From: Octopus sinensis
Lineage: Eukaryota
DNA: 64,000 bases
Reading direction: 5' to 3'
Assembly (NCBI RefSeq): GCF_006345805.1
Contig: NC_043010.1
Span: forward strand, 30,876,001 to 30,940,000
The notes beneath the pieces were generated by a model, which was not told the origin of the DNA, ran no database searches, and saw only the letters and a program-made list of their open reading frames with translations. The translations under genes and the position numbers were made by a program. Numbering within the stretch: position 1 is the stretch's first letter; every line of letters begins with the position of its first letter. Below, one piece after another: positions 1-12,707 of the stretch.

Positions 1-224
1 CTAGATCAGGCGACACAGCAACAAACTGAAAAGTACTTCAGATCCATCTAGAGCAGGAGTCGGCAACTTTTTTGCCTCCCGGGACCGGATCTAGTATTAA
101 TGACAGATAGCGGGCCGGATGAAGGCCATAAAAGAATAATTATGGAAAATTACACAAGCTAAAATTTAATCACGAATGTCGACTATACTTAAAAATAATT
201 TGTGTTAACTACAAATGGACCCGA

Positions 225-2180
225 GTGGCAAAAGCACGATGTGGCGACAAAGTCTTAGTTCGGTCTTTGGTGGAGCATAACGGGCACATTACTCGACTCC
301 AAGCACATTTTTACGGTTTTTTGGCAGCCCTACAATCAGCTGTTCGGAACGAATGGCGGACTAGAAGGAGGGTGGATTTCAGTAGGTACTACAACTGCCT
401 ATCGTGACTCTCGACAAGAGAGGCGGAGTGTTGCAAAAAGTTGATAACAGTTGCAGAAAAACGAGAAGCAATTTTCTGCTGCATGGGAGAGTGGGGATTG
501 CCTAGTTTGGCTGGTCTGCCCAATGATCTTTATTGTTATATGCTAGACTTATTTGGAGGCCTCTTGACTGATCTGTCGCAGCAGGCTGCAGAATGGAAGA
601 ATTTACAGTTCTGTGAGTCGAGGAGAGGTTACTGAGAAACGCCCAAACTGGATGAATTACGCAGATAATTTTCGGCCCATAACTCTGCTAAACGCGGATT
701 TCAAAATGTTAGCGAAGGTGTTAGGAAAAAAAGTTGCCACTTTTTGACGATGATCTAGTTGATGATGCGCATATATGTACCATCACGACCCGATGAAATG
801 TTTCGACACACATAGACGATATCAATGTCATAATGACGAACACCAGGTACCTAGAGGTTACCAGCACTGCTCTAAGTGAATACAAAGTAGTAACAGGAGC
901 AAAAATAACTAAGAAAAGTAAAAAGATCTGCAGTTCTGCACCTGGAGAGGACGCTAAACAGAGGTCTAAAGTAGAGACGAACTAAGACGAGGTGGCGAAT
1001 GCTTATATTACCCCCGTTACATGTTAGCACATGATCGTTGTGTTTTGCCCTACTTCACATCTGTTGTTCTGTTTTTAGAAGAGACACATTCCACAGATCA
1101 GCTCATCTTTTGTTGTCAACACCTTGGTGGAGGACTAGCCACGCCGTGGCTGATGATGCACAGACATGCGCTCATGAAACATCTCTAGCGTTTCCTTCAC
1201 GATAAGTAGGTGTAGTCGTCGTTTGTGAGACTCACCTGTTACAGCTCGTCTATTTGACAGTTACAGTCCTGGCTCAAACATAGACAAAGGCAGAGCGCCC
1301 TGAGCAAGAGCGCCTAGTAGGCTTCACAAAGTCTGCCAATCAGGCAATGCGGTCGGTTGCAGTGCCACTGGAATTCTATAGAGGATTAATGGTGGGCAAA
1401 AGCAATGACGATCTCAGAGAAATTCTATACCGGAGGAATTCCTAGTTGGAACATATGGACCAATGTGATTACCACTTCCCTCGCACCCATGTAGCCTGGA
1501 AGCACAGGTTGGGGTCACGTTGCTAGTTTGAGATGAATTCTGCCAGCAAGGAAGTTCCATCAGCCGGACCTGCCCGAGATGCACTTAGAGTGGCGAAACT
1601 ATTCTCCACGCACTCATCCAGTGCCCGAGCATTGCTTACTTGTGAAGTCATGTCGAACACCTGCTGCTGCATTTTGGATGGATCCAGCTCTTTGTAGAGT
1701 CCAATGACCAGAAAGGAGAAGTATTGTTTATACGTCTAGTGCTCTTTGTGATCGAGATTGTATGGTTGACCAGATTGAAAATGCTATATATATATATATA
1801 TATATACCTTCCTCTTTGGTCAAGCCTACTTAAACACATGAAAAGGAAAGTGATGTAAGAGAGGGAATTATTGCATTTGATCAATTCCGTTGAAAGGTGG
1901 ATGACCGAATGAACAGATCTGCTCTGAGCATGTAGATTGCGGGAGAGGACGGGAAGATACTTGCCCTTGTGGTCAGGATGACTGTGGTTTGTGGGGTTTT
2001 CACGAGAAGCTCTTGAAAGTCTCCTCACTTTGGCGAAATTATTCCTTCTTTCAATTTTTTTCTTTCTTTCTTTCTGTTATGTTACTATTTACACGCTTTT
2101 ATATAACCCTACATTATGTTGCATTGTATCATCCTATACCGTCCTCGCTCTTTTTGTGAACCTCTAGTGGATAAGATAAT
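225..2180 (+). mobile_element. Decayed Tx1/L1-clade LINE ORF2 remnant with 3' UTR
   Basis: Manual translation gives GLPSLAGLPNDLY (SPGxDGLP-like), DNFRPITLLNADFKMLAKVL at 661-722, VTGAKI near 890, and the C-terminal knuckle CPRC*SGETILHALIQC near 1570-1625. Many stops and frameshifts. Confidence 0.8.
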
Positions 2181-2218
2181 AATGATAATAATTGTTATTA
2201 TTTTTATTATTATTGTTA

Positions 2219-2276
<58 letters not shown>

Positions 2277-2279
<3 letters not shown>

Positions 2280-5200
2280 TAGTTTTATTTTTTATAGCGT
2301 GCTTTCACTTCACTACCGAGCGCAGCTCTGTGTGCCTTGGGTATGTGCTGTGATTTGTTGTGATGCTCTGATGGTTATTGTATGGAAAGTGTTCTGCGTA
2401 GGATGTGTGCAGTGCCTAGTAGTGCAATTTTCTGTATGTTATATGTGTTTGTAAGTCCTGGTGTTTTTGTTATGTATTTGTCTGAATATTTTTTTATCAT
2501 GCCTAATGCACCTACTATGATAGGAATTGTTTCTGTTTTTAGATTCCACATTCTGGTTACCTCTATTTCCAGGTCTTTGTATTTTGAAAGTTTCTCCATT
2601 TCTTTTAGAGACACGTTGTCATCTGCCGGCATTGATACATCAATTAGAAAGCATTTTTTTTCTTCATGATCTCTGACAACTATATCTGGTCTGTTGGCCT
2701 TAATTTCTCTATCTGTGTGTATCGGCATATCCCAGAGTATGGTTGCTTTCTCGTTTTCTGTGACCTTTTCTGGTGAGTGCCTATACCATCTTTTTTCTGT
2801 TGTTATTCCATAATGTTGGCATAGCTTCCAGTGTATGTAGGTTCCAACTCTGTCATGTCTGTGAATATATTCCTTCTTAGCCAGGACTGGGCAGCCAGAG
2901 ATAATATGATTTATTGTTTCTCGTCCATCTCCACATATTCTGCAGTTACTTGTTATATTTCTTTTCATTACATGTTTTTGGTAATTTCTGGTGGGGAGGC
3001 TTTGGTCTTGTGCTGCAATTAAAAATCCCTCTGTCTCTGCTTTGAGTCCTGAGCTTCTCAACCATTGCTGGGATTTTTCTATGTCTATTTCTTTTGCATT
3101 TAGTTTAGTCTAGTATTTACCATGAAGGGGCTTTTCTTGCCATCGTTTTATCATGGTTCTTTGCTGTTCTAGTTTTAGTTTGGATTTCATTTGTTTTATA
3201 GCTTTTGTTGTTTCTTCATCTTCTTCTTCTTCTTCTTCTTCTTTATATTTGTTAGGTGGTATGATTTCTTGTTTGTATTTGTCAGCTTCCTTAAATACTG
3301 AGAACAGTTTTTGTTTTGCTTGTGTTTTGCCGCTATTTGTATCAGTTTTCCTTCCTTCTGAAGTAGATATTTTTGCAGTCCTATGGTGGTTATTTTATAG
3401 TAGTTTTCCAGCTGTATAAGGCCTCTACCACCTTCTATACGTTGTATTTATAGTCTTTCTATGTCAGATTTTGGGTGATGCATCCTAGATCCTGTCATTA
3501 TTTTTCTTGTTTTCCTATTTTGGTCAGTTCATTTAGTGTCCAGTTAAGGATATTGTAGCTGTAACTTATAACTGGGACAGCTAAAGTGTTAATACCTATT
3601 ATCTTGTTTTTAGCATTGAGCTCTGTTTTTAGTATTGATCTAACTCGTCTATAATATTCTTTTTTTATTTTCTCTTTCATTTGTGTGTGTTGTGTCTTAT
3701 CTAGTTCATGGATTCCTAAGTATTTGTAAGTTTGGCTTTGGTCTAATTCTTTCATTTCATTGGTTTTACCTAGTGTGATGTTGCTACTCTTAACTAGTTT
3801 TCCTCTTTTCATGGTTACTTTGGCGTATTTTTCTAATCCAAATTTCATATCTATTTCTTTGGTAAATCCATGAACTGTCTTTAATAGTGTTTCCAGCTGT
3901 TTGTCATTTGCAGCGTATAGTTTTAGGTCATCCATATATAAAAGGTGGCTGATCGTTTTGCCGTAACATTTATATCCGCATCCAGTTCTATTTAGCATAT
4001 CAGATAGAGGTGACAGTGCCAAGCAGAAAAGGAGTGGAGAGAGCGTGTCTCCCTGGAATATTCCTCTTCTAATGGGGATGTCTTTGGTTTTCATGAGTCC
4101 CTCTTTTGTTTGGAGCTGTAGCACTGTTTGCCATTTATTCATAGAGTGCCCAATTAATTTTATAATTGTTGGTGCTACTTTGTTAATGGCTAGTGTTTCG
4201 AGGATCCATGTGTGGGGGATGCTATCAAACGCCTTTTTGTAGTCGATCCAGGCCATACTGAGGCCTTTCTTCTTTCTGTGGCTGTCTTCAGTTATGGCTT
4301 TATTGATCATTAGTTGATCTTTACAGCCGTATGAGCCTTTGCGGCATCCTTTCTGCTCTTCTGGAAACAGGTTGTTTTCGTCTAGGTGCTTGTTAAACCT
4401 TTGCGATATCACTGCAGTAAATGCCTTGTACATCGTAGAGAGACAGGTTATTGGTCTGTAGTTTTCTGGTTTTGCTGTCTCATTTGATTTGGGAATTAAG
4501 ATGGTTTTCCCCTTCGTGAGCCATTCAGGCATTGTCTCTGGCTCTGCTAGTATGTTGTTAAAATTTTCAGCCAGCTTTTTGTGCATTCCTGTTAGATATT
4601 TCAACCAGAAGTTGGAGATCTTGTCATGCCCAGGTGCCTTCCAGTTGCTTAGTCTTTGCAGTGCCTGGGTGACCTCTTCAGTTGTTATGGGGGTCCAAAG
4701 TTGCTCAGATGCTGAGTTTGTTGTTTTAATACTCCTTTTTTTTGGTTGTTCGTTCGCCGACCATATTTCTCTCCAGAATTCTTCCACTCCTTCTGCCGTT
4801 GGTGATGCAGTGATTTCTATTTTATTTTTGCCAAGTTCTTGGTAGAACTTTTTGGGGTTAGAGTTGAACTTTTTGTTTTATTCAAAGAAGCGCTGGCGTT
4901 TCTCGTACCGGCGGATCCTTTGTGCTTTGGCAAGGATATCTTGCTTTAGCTTTTCTTTTATCTCAGGTAAATCTTTTTGTGTGATGTTGTATTTGTGGAG
5001 TATTTTTGTTTTCTTTTTGTTGCTCAGTAGCGTTGATTGTCTACTGATTTCATTAAGAATCGACAGATCTTTTCTTATTTTTTGTATTTTGTTTTGAATG
5101 TTATTTATCCACAGGGTTTGTTTGGGTGGTGGTACTCCTGTTTGGACGGGTTTGAGTGAGTATCCAGCTTCTTTTGTGGCTGCAGTGGCTGCTGCGTATA

Positions 5201-5945
5201 CTAAGTTATTTAGCTCAGTGATATCGCTTTTTGTTTCAGTGGCTATTAGTTCCGTGACGGCTAGGTTTATGCTGTTTATAATTGGTGTTGTTGTTTCGTC
5301 TATTTTGATTTTTGGGAGGTATGGTCGGTGGTCCATTTTGAGGTCTGTGGTTTTCAGTTCTTTGATTATTCCACTTTTTATATTATCATATTCATTAGGC
5401 TCCCCTTCATTGTTTCCAGGTTTTAGATTTGTGTCGTTTTCTTTCTTATGTGTATGTTTGTTTATCGTGTTTTGATTTGCTGTTTGTCGTGTATTATTAT
5501 GCATCCTTACGGTCTGGGTTTGTTTTTTGTTTTTTTGTTTACATCGTGTTTGTTGGGAATGTTACATTTGTCTTCGTGTTTTACTGTTTCAGTGTTTATA
5601 TTATTGGGCATTGTTGTGTGGCTTCTATCTACATTTTCCTGATGTATTTTTTCTTTTAGATGTTCTATTTCTATTTCTGATAATTTTTTGGCGTTGAGAA
5701 TGTATCTTCGTACGTTAGCTAGTTTGTTAGGGTTCATTGCTGTATCCAAGTCTGTATTTATGTTGTTTTCCTTCCATATTTTATATGTATGTGTTGTATT
5801 TTCATTCTTTGGGTAGAGCACTGCTGTAAAATAAGCATGTAGGATAGAAATGTATTCCTCACGTGTCCATTTATGTCTTTTGGGTTTTATTTGCGGGACA
5901 TGAAGAACAACGTCCGGCCCATTATTTTGACGGTCGTCATCTTCG
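2277..5945 (-). mobile_element. Near full-length Dong/R4-clade non-LTR retrotransposon (RT plus restriction-like endonuclease), frameshifted
   Basis: N-terminal KWTREEY...NKLANVRR. RT motifs KAPGHD, YRPITCL, WIDYKKAFDS, GIFQGDTLSP, YMDD (ORF 3498-4787). Thumb HPKSDIERL..GGRGL. CRICGD..H...C knuckle and RPDIV..LIDVS..EKLSKY endonuclease (ORF 2375-3061). (TAA)n on both sides. Confidence 0.93.
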
Positions 5946-6194
5946 TATTATTATTATTATTATTATTTTCTTGCAATTATGTTTCCATTTCTTGCCGAAT
6001 GTCTTCCCAACACCTAGGGCAAAGAAACTCACTGTATATATTGGTAGGCCATTAAAATAAAGACAGCAGATTGTTCATTTACAAAGTCATGTGATAGAAA
6101 AGGGGGAAGAAAGAGAGAGAAAAAGGAAAGCAGGAAAAAAAAGAAAAAGATGAGAAAAGGAAAACAAAGAAAATAAAGGGATAAAAGGAAAGAA

Positions 6195-6270
6195 AATTCA
6201 CAGCGACAATGATTTCTCAATACGTGTGTCGTACCAGTTAAGATAATGTTTTGCACTTCCTGCATGGATT
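6195..6270 (-). mobile_element. Tiny 3' fragment of another R4-type LINE
   Basis: Translates MQEVQNIILTGTTHVLRN, similar to IQKIALLGTAHILRR at the end of the adjacent R4 ORF; starts beside an AAT/AAC repeat. Confidence 0.55.
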
Positions 6271-6329
6271 ATTATTGTTGTTGTTATCGTTGTCGCCGCC
6301 GTCGTCGTCGTCGTCATCATCATCATCAT

Positions 6330-6895
6330 CATTAAGACAGTGAAGTGACGGAATCGTTAACACGCCAGACAAAATACTTGGCGGCATTTCGTCTACTTTT
6401 AATACAGGGCTTGATGCAGGCGGCTTCCCCTTCCCTCAAAAACTGCTGGCCCTGTACCAAAATATTAAACCATTATTGTAAAGGAAGAGAGCAGGCTGAA
6501 TCATTAGCATGACGGAGAAAATGATTTGTAAACATTTCGTCCGTTATGTAGGTTCTGAGCTCAAATTCCGCTTATGTTGACTTTGCATTTCATCCTTTGC
6601 CGAGAACTATAAAATATGTACCACTCAAGTATTGAGATCGATGTAATTGACTTTCCACTCCCTTCAAATACTGCTGGCTTTGTGCCAAAATTTGAAACCA
6701 TTATTATAAAGGCGGCGAGCTGGCAGAGTCGATAGGAGACGCCTAGCTGCATTTCGTCTGAATTCAAATTCCGCCGAGGTTGACTTTGCATTTCATTCTT
6801 TCAGGGTTGATAAAAGAAGTACCAGTTTAGTACTGGAGTTGATGTAATCGACTAGCCACCTCCACCAAGGCTTTGTACCTCTAGTAGAAAGGATT
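6330..6895 (+). mobile_element. Cluster of three octopus OK-type SINE copies (two partial)
   Basis: Recurrent motifs GGCGGCGAGCTGGCAGA, TTCAAATTCCGCCGAGGTTGACTTTGC(A/C)TTTCAT and TTGATGTAATCGACT, shared with many copies in the window. Confidence 0.8.
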
Positions 6896-7986
6896 ATACG
6901 CTGACGCTTCTTTGTTTGTAACATTTACATAGAAGTAATAAACAAGAAGAACACGTGGGTAATGGATTTGTAGTCACCCTATACAACGGCGCGCGCGCGC
7001 AACGCCCTCTCGCGAATACACGAAGTCCGAAAGAGGGAATTTTGCTGACGTGGCCTTAGCTGACGTGGCCTTGCTGACGTGGCCTTAGCAAGGGAGCGTG
7101 AGCCTTAACAAAGAGGCAAGGGAGCGTAAAGCGTTGACCATTAGCGTCCGACAGACAGCGGCAGGCATTTCATAGAAGTAGACGTTTAATTCGCTCTCTC
7201 TCCGGTTGATAGCAGCAGTCCTTTGGCCGAAGACTTTTAACCTGAATTGTTGCAGTCAAATCATCTTCTTCCTCCGGACGCCATTTTGGACCCGTTCTGG
7301 TCTTGGCGGCTGGACATTGTAAATATTACAATCGATTAACTTTCAGTCTTGCGCGCCCAGAACCAAGGACATCAGATATACCACTGATTTCTCACCGGTA
7401 TAAACCAATAAAGTATATCTATTTTTTACGTCTGCGTTTTGTGTTTCTTTGACTGGTAGAGTCTGGATATAAAAGCAACGGAAAGTGATTGCACCAACTT
7501 GCACCCCAAAAGTGCAAGCGGAGATATTCACATATTCCTTACAGTGGTGACCCCAAAGTTCCAGAGAACACTCAACAAAAAGAAAAAATCCAGTTTTCTG
7601 CTAAATCTGAAACACGACCAACCTGTTTTCCAGTCCCTTTCAACAGTTTGTTTCTTCATCTGCACTCACGCACGGAAGAAAAAAAAAAAAAAAGAGAAGA
7701 AATTTTTTTCTCGATTAAAACGCGACGAAGGTTGGTAAAAACAAAAAAAAGAAAAGAATTTTTTTCTATTCTCTGTGCACACAGTACAAACAAAAAAAAA
7801 CAAAAAAAAACATTTTTTTTTGTAAATTGCACATTCAAAATTTATTGGTTCAATTGTTGGTCTTTCTTTCTTTCTTCCTTTCTTTTTTCCCTTTGTTTTT
7901 CCTTGTTGCGTCTGTTCAGCGTTGGTTCGTTGTCAGTTTTCTTTTTTCCATTTGACAGAGTCATCTAGTGAATAAAAGGCTACAAA

Positions 7987-8715
7987 ATGTTTATGGGTTC
8001 GTTACCTACTTTTACAGGTGATGCCACACTGTGGTTTTCACAGTTAGAGGCACAATTTCGTGCACAAAGTATTACTCCCGAGCAGCAGTTGGAAATCCTT
8101 TATGGTTGCATGCCGCCGCAACTGGCATCTTCAGCAAGGGACCTTATTACAGACCCTAGTCCAGGCGCTACTTATGCGTCTGTTAAATTAGAGGTTGAAA
8201 AAAGAAATACACGAAGCGAGGAAAGTCGTTTCAACGAGTTAATGGCAGATGAGCAACTAGGGGACAGAACTCCGTCAGAATTTTTACGAAGACTGAGGGA
8301 GTTAAGTGGTAATGCATCAGATGCCCCCCTCCTTCGGAAGATTTTTTTCTCGAGGTTGCCCGCCTATATACAGACCGTTTTGGCAACCGGCTTAGAGACA
8401 AATACAGTGGACCAAATAGCAACGATGGCTGATAAGATGGTTGAATTTGCCGTTCAACCATCGTCACGGTCTGCTTGTGCCTGTTCACAGACCTCTTCGG
8501 CCTCAATTGAGGGGCTTTCTAAACTAATAGAAACCCTCACTAAAAGGATGGACGCGAAGTGTCGCGATGGTAAGCGATCTTCAAAATCGCGAAGTCGCAG
8601 TCGTTCATCCTCGAGATCAACACAGTCTAAGTCTGGACTGTGTTGGTACCACTCCAAGTATGGAGAGAATGCACATAGGTGCACACAGCCATGCACTTAT
8701 AAGTCTTTAAACTAG
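7987..8715 (+). CDS. gag: Gypsy Gag (242 aa) with CHCC zinc motif
   Basis: Open ORF from ATG; [11 protein letters not shown]-terminus, [11 protein letters not shown]-terminal [18 protein letters not shown]. Confidence 0.93.
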   Translation: MFMGSLPTFTGDATLWFSQLEAQFRAQSITPEQQLEILYGCMPPQLASSARDLITDPSPGATYASVKLEVEKRNTRSEESRFNELMADEQLGDRTPSEFLRRLRELSGNASDAPLLRKIFFSRLPAYIQTVLATGLETNTVDQIATMADKMVEFAVQPSSRSACACSQTSSASIEGLSKLIETLTKRMDAKCRDGKRSSKSRSRSRSSSRSTQSKSGLCWYHSKYGENAHRCTQPCTYKSLN

Positions 8716-11700
8716 ATTCGGAGAATTTGAGCACGTCAACTTCCTCCACAACATTTTCTGGTTATCGTGCATTCTTTGTTAAAGATCTAGTGTCGAAGAA
8801 AAACTTCATGGTAGACACTGGTTCTTGTTGCAGTATTTGGCCTTTGCGTTGCACAACTGACAGGCCAAAGCGATCTAACGTCATCTTGCACGCTATTGAC
8901 TCGTCACCAATAGCCACATTCGGTCAGATGTCGTTGCGCCTTGATATTGGTCTTCGACGAGACTTTCGATGGATTTTTGTCATTGCCGACATTCCGCATC
9001 CTATTTTAGGTGCGGATTTTCTGGATAAATTTGATTTGTTGGTAGATGTCAGACGTCGGAGGTTGGTCGATAGTTCGACTACACTCTCCACGCCGACCGG
9101 AGAATCTACCAATTTAGCTCTTAGCCCGACATTTTTTGTCGGTACATCTGGAGATGTTTTTCACTCTCTTTTAGCTTCTTTTCCAGAGCTATATGATGTT
9201 ACCTTTAGGGTGGCTAAGCCATTGCATTCGACACGACACTTTATAACAACAACTGGACCTCCTGTTTTTTCACGTCCAAGGCGTCTTGCACCTGATCGAC
9301 TTAAAACTGCTAGAGCTGAGTTTGAGCACATGCTCCAGCTCGGTCTGATACGCCCCTCCACCAGTCCATGGGCATCTCCCCTTCATTTAGTAAGAAAAGG
9401 GGATACAGATTTTCGCCCGGTGGGAGATTATCGGCGTCTAAATTCGGTGACGATTCCAGACAAATATCCCATAAGGATTTTAAACGATTTTTCGGCAAAT
9501 TTACATGGCTGTACTATTTTTTCTAAGGTTGACCTGATACGTGCCTACCATCAAATACCGGTCAACTCAGACGATATTCCTAAAACAGCAATTACTACTC
9601 CTTTTGGCTGTTTCGAATTTTTATTTATGAGTTTTGGTTTGAGGAATGCCACTAGTACTTTCCAACGGTTTATAGATGAAGTTGTTCGCGGACTGGATTT
9701 TGTGTTCGCGTATGTCGATGACATTCTAATCGCAAGTGATACGCATGAAAATCATCTCCTGCACTTGTCTCAGCTTTTTCAGCGTCTTCGCGACTATGGT
9801 GTTCGCATTAATCCAGACAAGTGTGTTTTTGGGCAACCATCTCTTAATTTTCTCGGTCATTATATTGACTCGAGAGGAATCAAACCACTCTCATCCAAAG
9901 TCGATGCTATTCAGCGCATCGCACCACCTTCTTCTTTACGTCAACTTCGCTATTTTTTAGGCATAGTTAATTTCTATAGAGGTTTCATAGATCGGTGTGC
10001 GGACAAGTTGTTACCTTTAACACAGATGCTAAAGGGCAATTCCAAAATGGACGCCCGTCTTATTCTTTCGGCTGAAGCACTGTCTGCCTTTGAGTTGGTT
10101 AAAAAGGAACTAGCTTCAGTCCCTATTTTGGCACATCCGGCTCCTAATGCTCCACTTACTTTATCTGTGGACGCATCAGAGTCTGCAATTGGCGCTGTAT
10201 TGCAGCACACCGTAGAGGGTGAAGTTAAACCTTTAGCTTTCTTTTCTTGTCAGCTAAAGCCAGCTGAACGCAGATATAGTACCTTTGATCGAGAGTTACT
10301 AGCGATCTATCTGTCAGTTCGGCATTTTCAACACCAGCTCGAGGGACGAGAGTTTGTGATTTATACTGATCACAAGCCCCTTACTTTTGCATTATCTTCT
10401 AAAACGGATAAACTCTCTCCTCGTGCTTTCCGTCACAAGGACTATATTTCTCAATTTACAAGTGACATTAGGCATGTGCCAGGCAGTGAGAACGTCCCTG
10501 CAGATGCTTTCTCTAGACTCCCTGTCAATTCCATTTCCTCTCCTGCTGCAATTGATTTAACTGCTATTTCGCAGGATCAACCACCTTTAGAGGAGTTGGA
10601 TTTAACTTCGCCTAAGTTTATTAACTGTAAGTTTGACTACCTTCCGCTCCCTACAGCGGAAGGCTCTATTCTTTGTGACGTTTCTACCGGTTCACCTAGA
10701 CCATTAGTACCTGAGAAACATCAACGATCTGTGTTTGATGCTCTTCATTCACTGTCACATCCAGGTATCTCTGCCACAGTAAAGCTTGTTACTGCTCGGT
10801 TCTTCTGGCCCAATATGCGACGATCAATTACCTCTTGGGCACGCTCTTGTTTGAGGTGCCAGAGTGCTAAAGTCCATAGACACGTTCGTGCTCCACTTGG
10901 ACAATTTTCCTCTCCTGAAGCCCGTTTTCGCCATATCCACCTTGATTTGGTTGGACCATGGCCTGTGAGTCGCGGGTTCTCATACATTTTAACATGTATT
11001 GATCGTTTTTCACGCTGGCCGGAAGCTATTCCTACAGCAGACATTTCAGCTGAAACTGTTGCGAGGGCTTTCGTATCTAATTGGATTTCGAGGTATGGTG
11101 TACCGTACAGTTTAACCACAGATCGTGGTCGACAATTCGAGTCTGCATTGTTTCGTGAGTTATCACGAATCCTGGGGATGCATCATATACGCACCACAAG
11201 TTACCACCCCGCTTCTAATGGGATGGTGGAGCGTTTCCATAGGCAACTTAAGGCCACTTTGCGTGCCTCGCCGAATCCACAGACATGGACTGAATTTCTA
11301 CCGATCGTCCTGCTTGGATGTCGGACTGCGATTAAAGCAGACCTTGGTTTTTCGTCTGCCGAGCTCTTGTATGGTACCACACTGGCATTGCCTGGTACGA
11401 TGTTGGTGCCAGACAAGTCACAGTCTCTTAATTTAGAGTCTTATGTTGCTCGATTACGCAGATATTTTTCTGCCCTTCCTCCTATGGACCCTCGACACCA
11501 AAATCCTCCTTCTAGTGTGCCATCAGACCTTAATTCTTGGACGCATGTTTTTATTCGTGATGATTCTGTCAAAGGACCTCTTGTTTCTCCTTATAAAGGA
11601 CCTTTTCGTGTGATTTCTCGCACGCCGAAGGTATTCAAACTTGAAATTAACGGTCGTTCGGAGACCGTCTCCGTAGATCGTCTTAAAAGGGCATATTTTG

Positions 11701-11918
11701 AGGTGTCCACATCTTTTAATGACCCCACTGCCAGAACCATCGTTGAACCTTCACATGCACCTTTGACAACACCACTATTTACACATGCACCATTATCAAC
11801 ACCAACATCGACAACACCACCTTCGTCGTCGCAGCCTGCCTCGAACAGACCTTATGTTACGAGGTCAGGCAGAACTGTTCACTGGCCGAAAAAAATTTCC
11901 AAAACTATTTATATTTGA
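8706..11918 (+). CDS. pol: Gypsy Pol (PR-RT-RNase H-integrase), in the -1 frame relative to gag
   Basis: Uninterrupted frame of more than 1060 codons: VDTGS protease, YVDD RT, VDAS RNase H, HSLSH...CLRC zinc finger, HLDLVGP/TDRG/VERFH integrase, terminal TRSGR. Confidence 0.95.
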   Translation, partial: FKLDSENLSTSTSSTTFSGYRAFFVKDLVSKKNFMVDTGSCCSIWPLRCTTDRPKRSNVILHAIDSSPIATFGQMSLRLDIGLRRDFRWIFVIADIPHPILGADFLDKFDLLVDVRRRRLVDSSTTLSTPTGESTNLALSPTFFVGTSGDVFHSLLASFPELYDVTFRVAKPLHSTRHFITTTGPPVFSRPRRLAPDRLKTARAEFEHMLQLGLIRPSTSPWASPLHLVRKGDTDFRPVGDYRRLNSVTIPDKYPIRILNDFSANLHGCTIFSKVDLIRAYHQIPVNSDDIPKTAITTPFGCFEFLFMSFGLRNATSTFQRFIDEVVRGLDFVFAYVDDILIASDTHENHLLHLSQLFQRLRDYGVRINPDKCVFGQPSLNFLGHYIDSRGIKPLSSKVDAIQRIAPPSSLRQLRYFLGIVNFYRGFIDRCADKLLPLTQMLKGNSKMDARLILSAEALSAFELVKKELASVPILAHPAPNAPLTLSVDASESAIGAVLQHTVEGEVKPLAFFSCQLKPAERRYSTFDRELLAIYLSVRHFQHQLEGREFVIYTDHKPLTFALSSKTDKLSPRAFRHKDYISQFTSDIRHVPGSENVPADAFSRLPVNSISSPAAIDLTAISQDQPPLEELDLTSPKFINCKFDYLPLPTAEGSILCDVSTGSPRPLVPEKHQRSVFDALHSLSHPGISATVKLVTARFFWPNMRRSITSWARSCLRCQSAKVHRHVRAPLGQFSSPEARFRHIHLDLVGPWPVSRGFSYILTCIDRFSRWPEAIPTADISAETVARAFVSNWISRYGVPYSLTTDRGRQFESALFRELSRILGMHHIRTTSYHPASNGMVERFHRQLKATLRASPNPQTWTEFLPIVLLGCRTAIKADLGFSSAELLYGTTLALPGTMLVPDKSQSLNLESYVARLRRYFSALPPMDPRHQNPPSSVPSDLNSWTHVFIRDDSVKGPLVSPYKGPFRVISRTPKVFKLEINGRSETVSVDRLKRAYFEVSTSFNDPTARTIVEPSHAPLTTPLFTHAPLSTPTSTTPPSSSQPASNRPYVTRSGRTVHWPKKISKTIYI

Positions 11919-12707
11919 CATTTTCAATTGACTTCCCAGTGACAGTTCAGTACTCATTGAACTTTGCTCATTTTGAGTATTTTTTCTCTTTTTACCTTTA
12001 AGGTGAATTTTTTTTTTTTTTGCTGTTTAATGTATTATATTGTGTGCTATTTTTGGTTATCTGGTGTCCACCTTGAGTTTTATGGTCACTACAAGGAATT
12101 GTTGTTCGTGCTTAGGCACTGGAGGGGAGCTTTGTAGTCACCCTATACAACAGCGCGCGCGCGCAACGCCCTCTCGCGAATACACGAAGTCCGAAAGAGG
12201 GAATTTTGCTGACGTGGCCTTAGCTGACGTGGCCTTGCTGAAATGGCCTTAGCAAGGGAGCGTGAGCCTTAACAAAGAGGCAAGGGAGCGTAAAGCGTTG
12301 ACCATTAGCGTCCGACAGACAGCGGCAGGCATTTCATAGAAGTAGACGTTTAATTCGCTCTCTCTCCGGTTGATAGCAGCAGTCCTTTGGCCGAAGACTT
12401 TTAACCTGAATTGTTGCAGTCAAATCATCTTCTTCCTCCGGACGCCATTTTGGACCCGTTCTGGTCTTGGCGGCTGAACATTGTAAATATTACAATCGAT
12501 TAACTTTCAGCCTTGCGCGCCCAGAACCAAGGACATCAGATATACCACTGATTTCTCACCGGTATAAACCAATAAAGTATATCTATTTTTTACGTCTGCG
12601 TTTTGTGTTTCTTTGACTGGTAGAGTCTGGATATAAAAGCAACGGAAAGTGATTGCACCAACTTGCACCCCAAAAGTGCAAGCGGAGATATTCACATATT
12701 CCTTACA

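Larger units (their letters stand above)
6969..12707 (+). mobile_element. Apparently intact Ty3/Gypsy LTR retrotransposon, CsRn1-like clade
   Basis: 575-bp LTRs (6969-7543, 12133-12707), TG...CA, with 5 substitutions by eye. 4-bp TSD GATT (6965-6968, 12708-12711). PBS TGGTGACCCC (7545-7554) complementary to the tRNA-Trp 3' end. PPT GGAGGGGAG (12121-12129). Gag Cx2Hx9Cx3C motif. Confidence 0.97.

Noticed and set aside
55-200. hAT-like terminus CAGGAGTCGGCAAC
   Set aside because: No matching second TIR or TSD could be found, so it is not listed as a feature.
7044-7088. CRISPR-like direct repeats
   Set aside because: 14-15 bp head-to-tail repeats with no spacers, inside a eukaryotic LTR.
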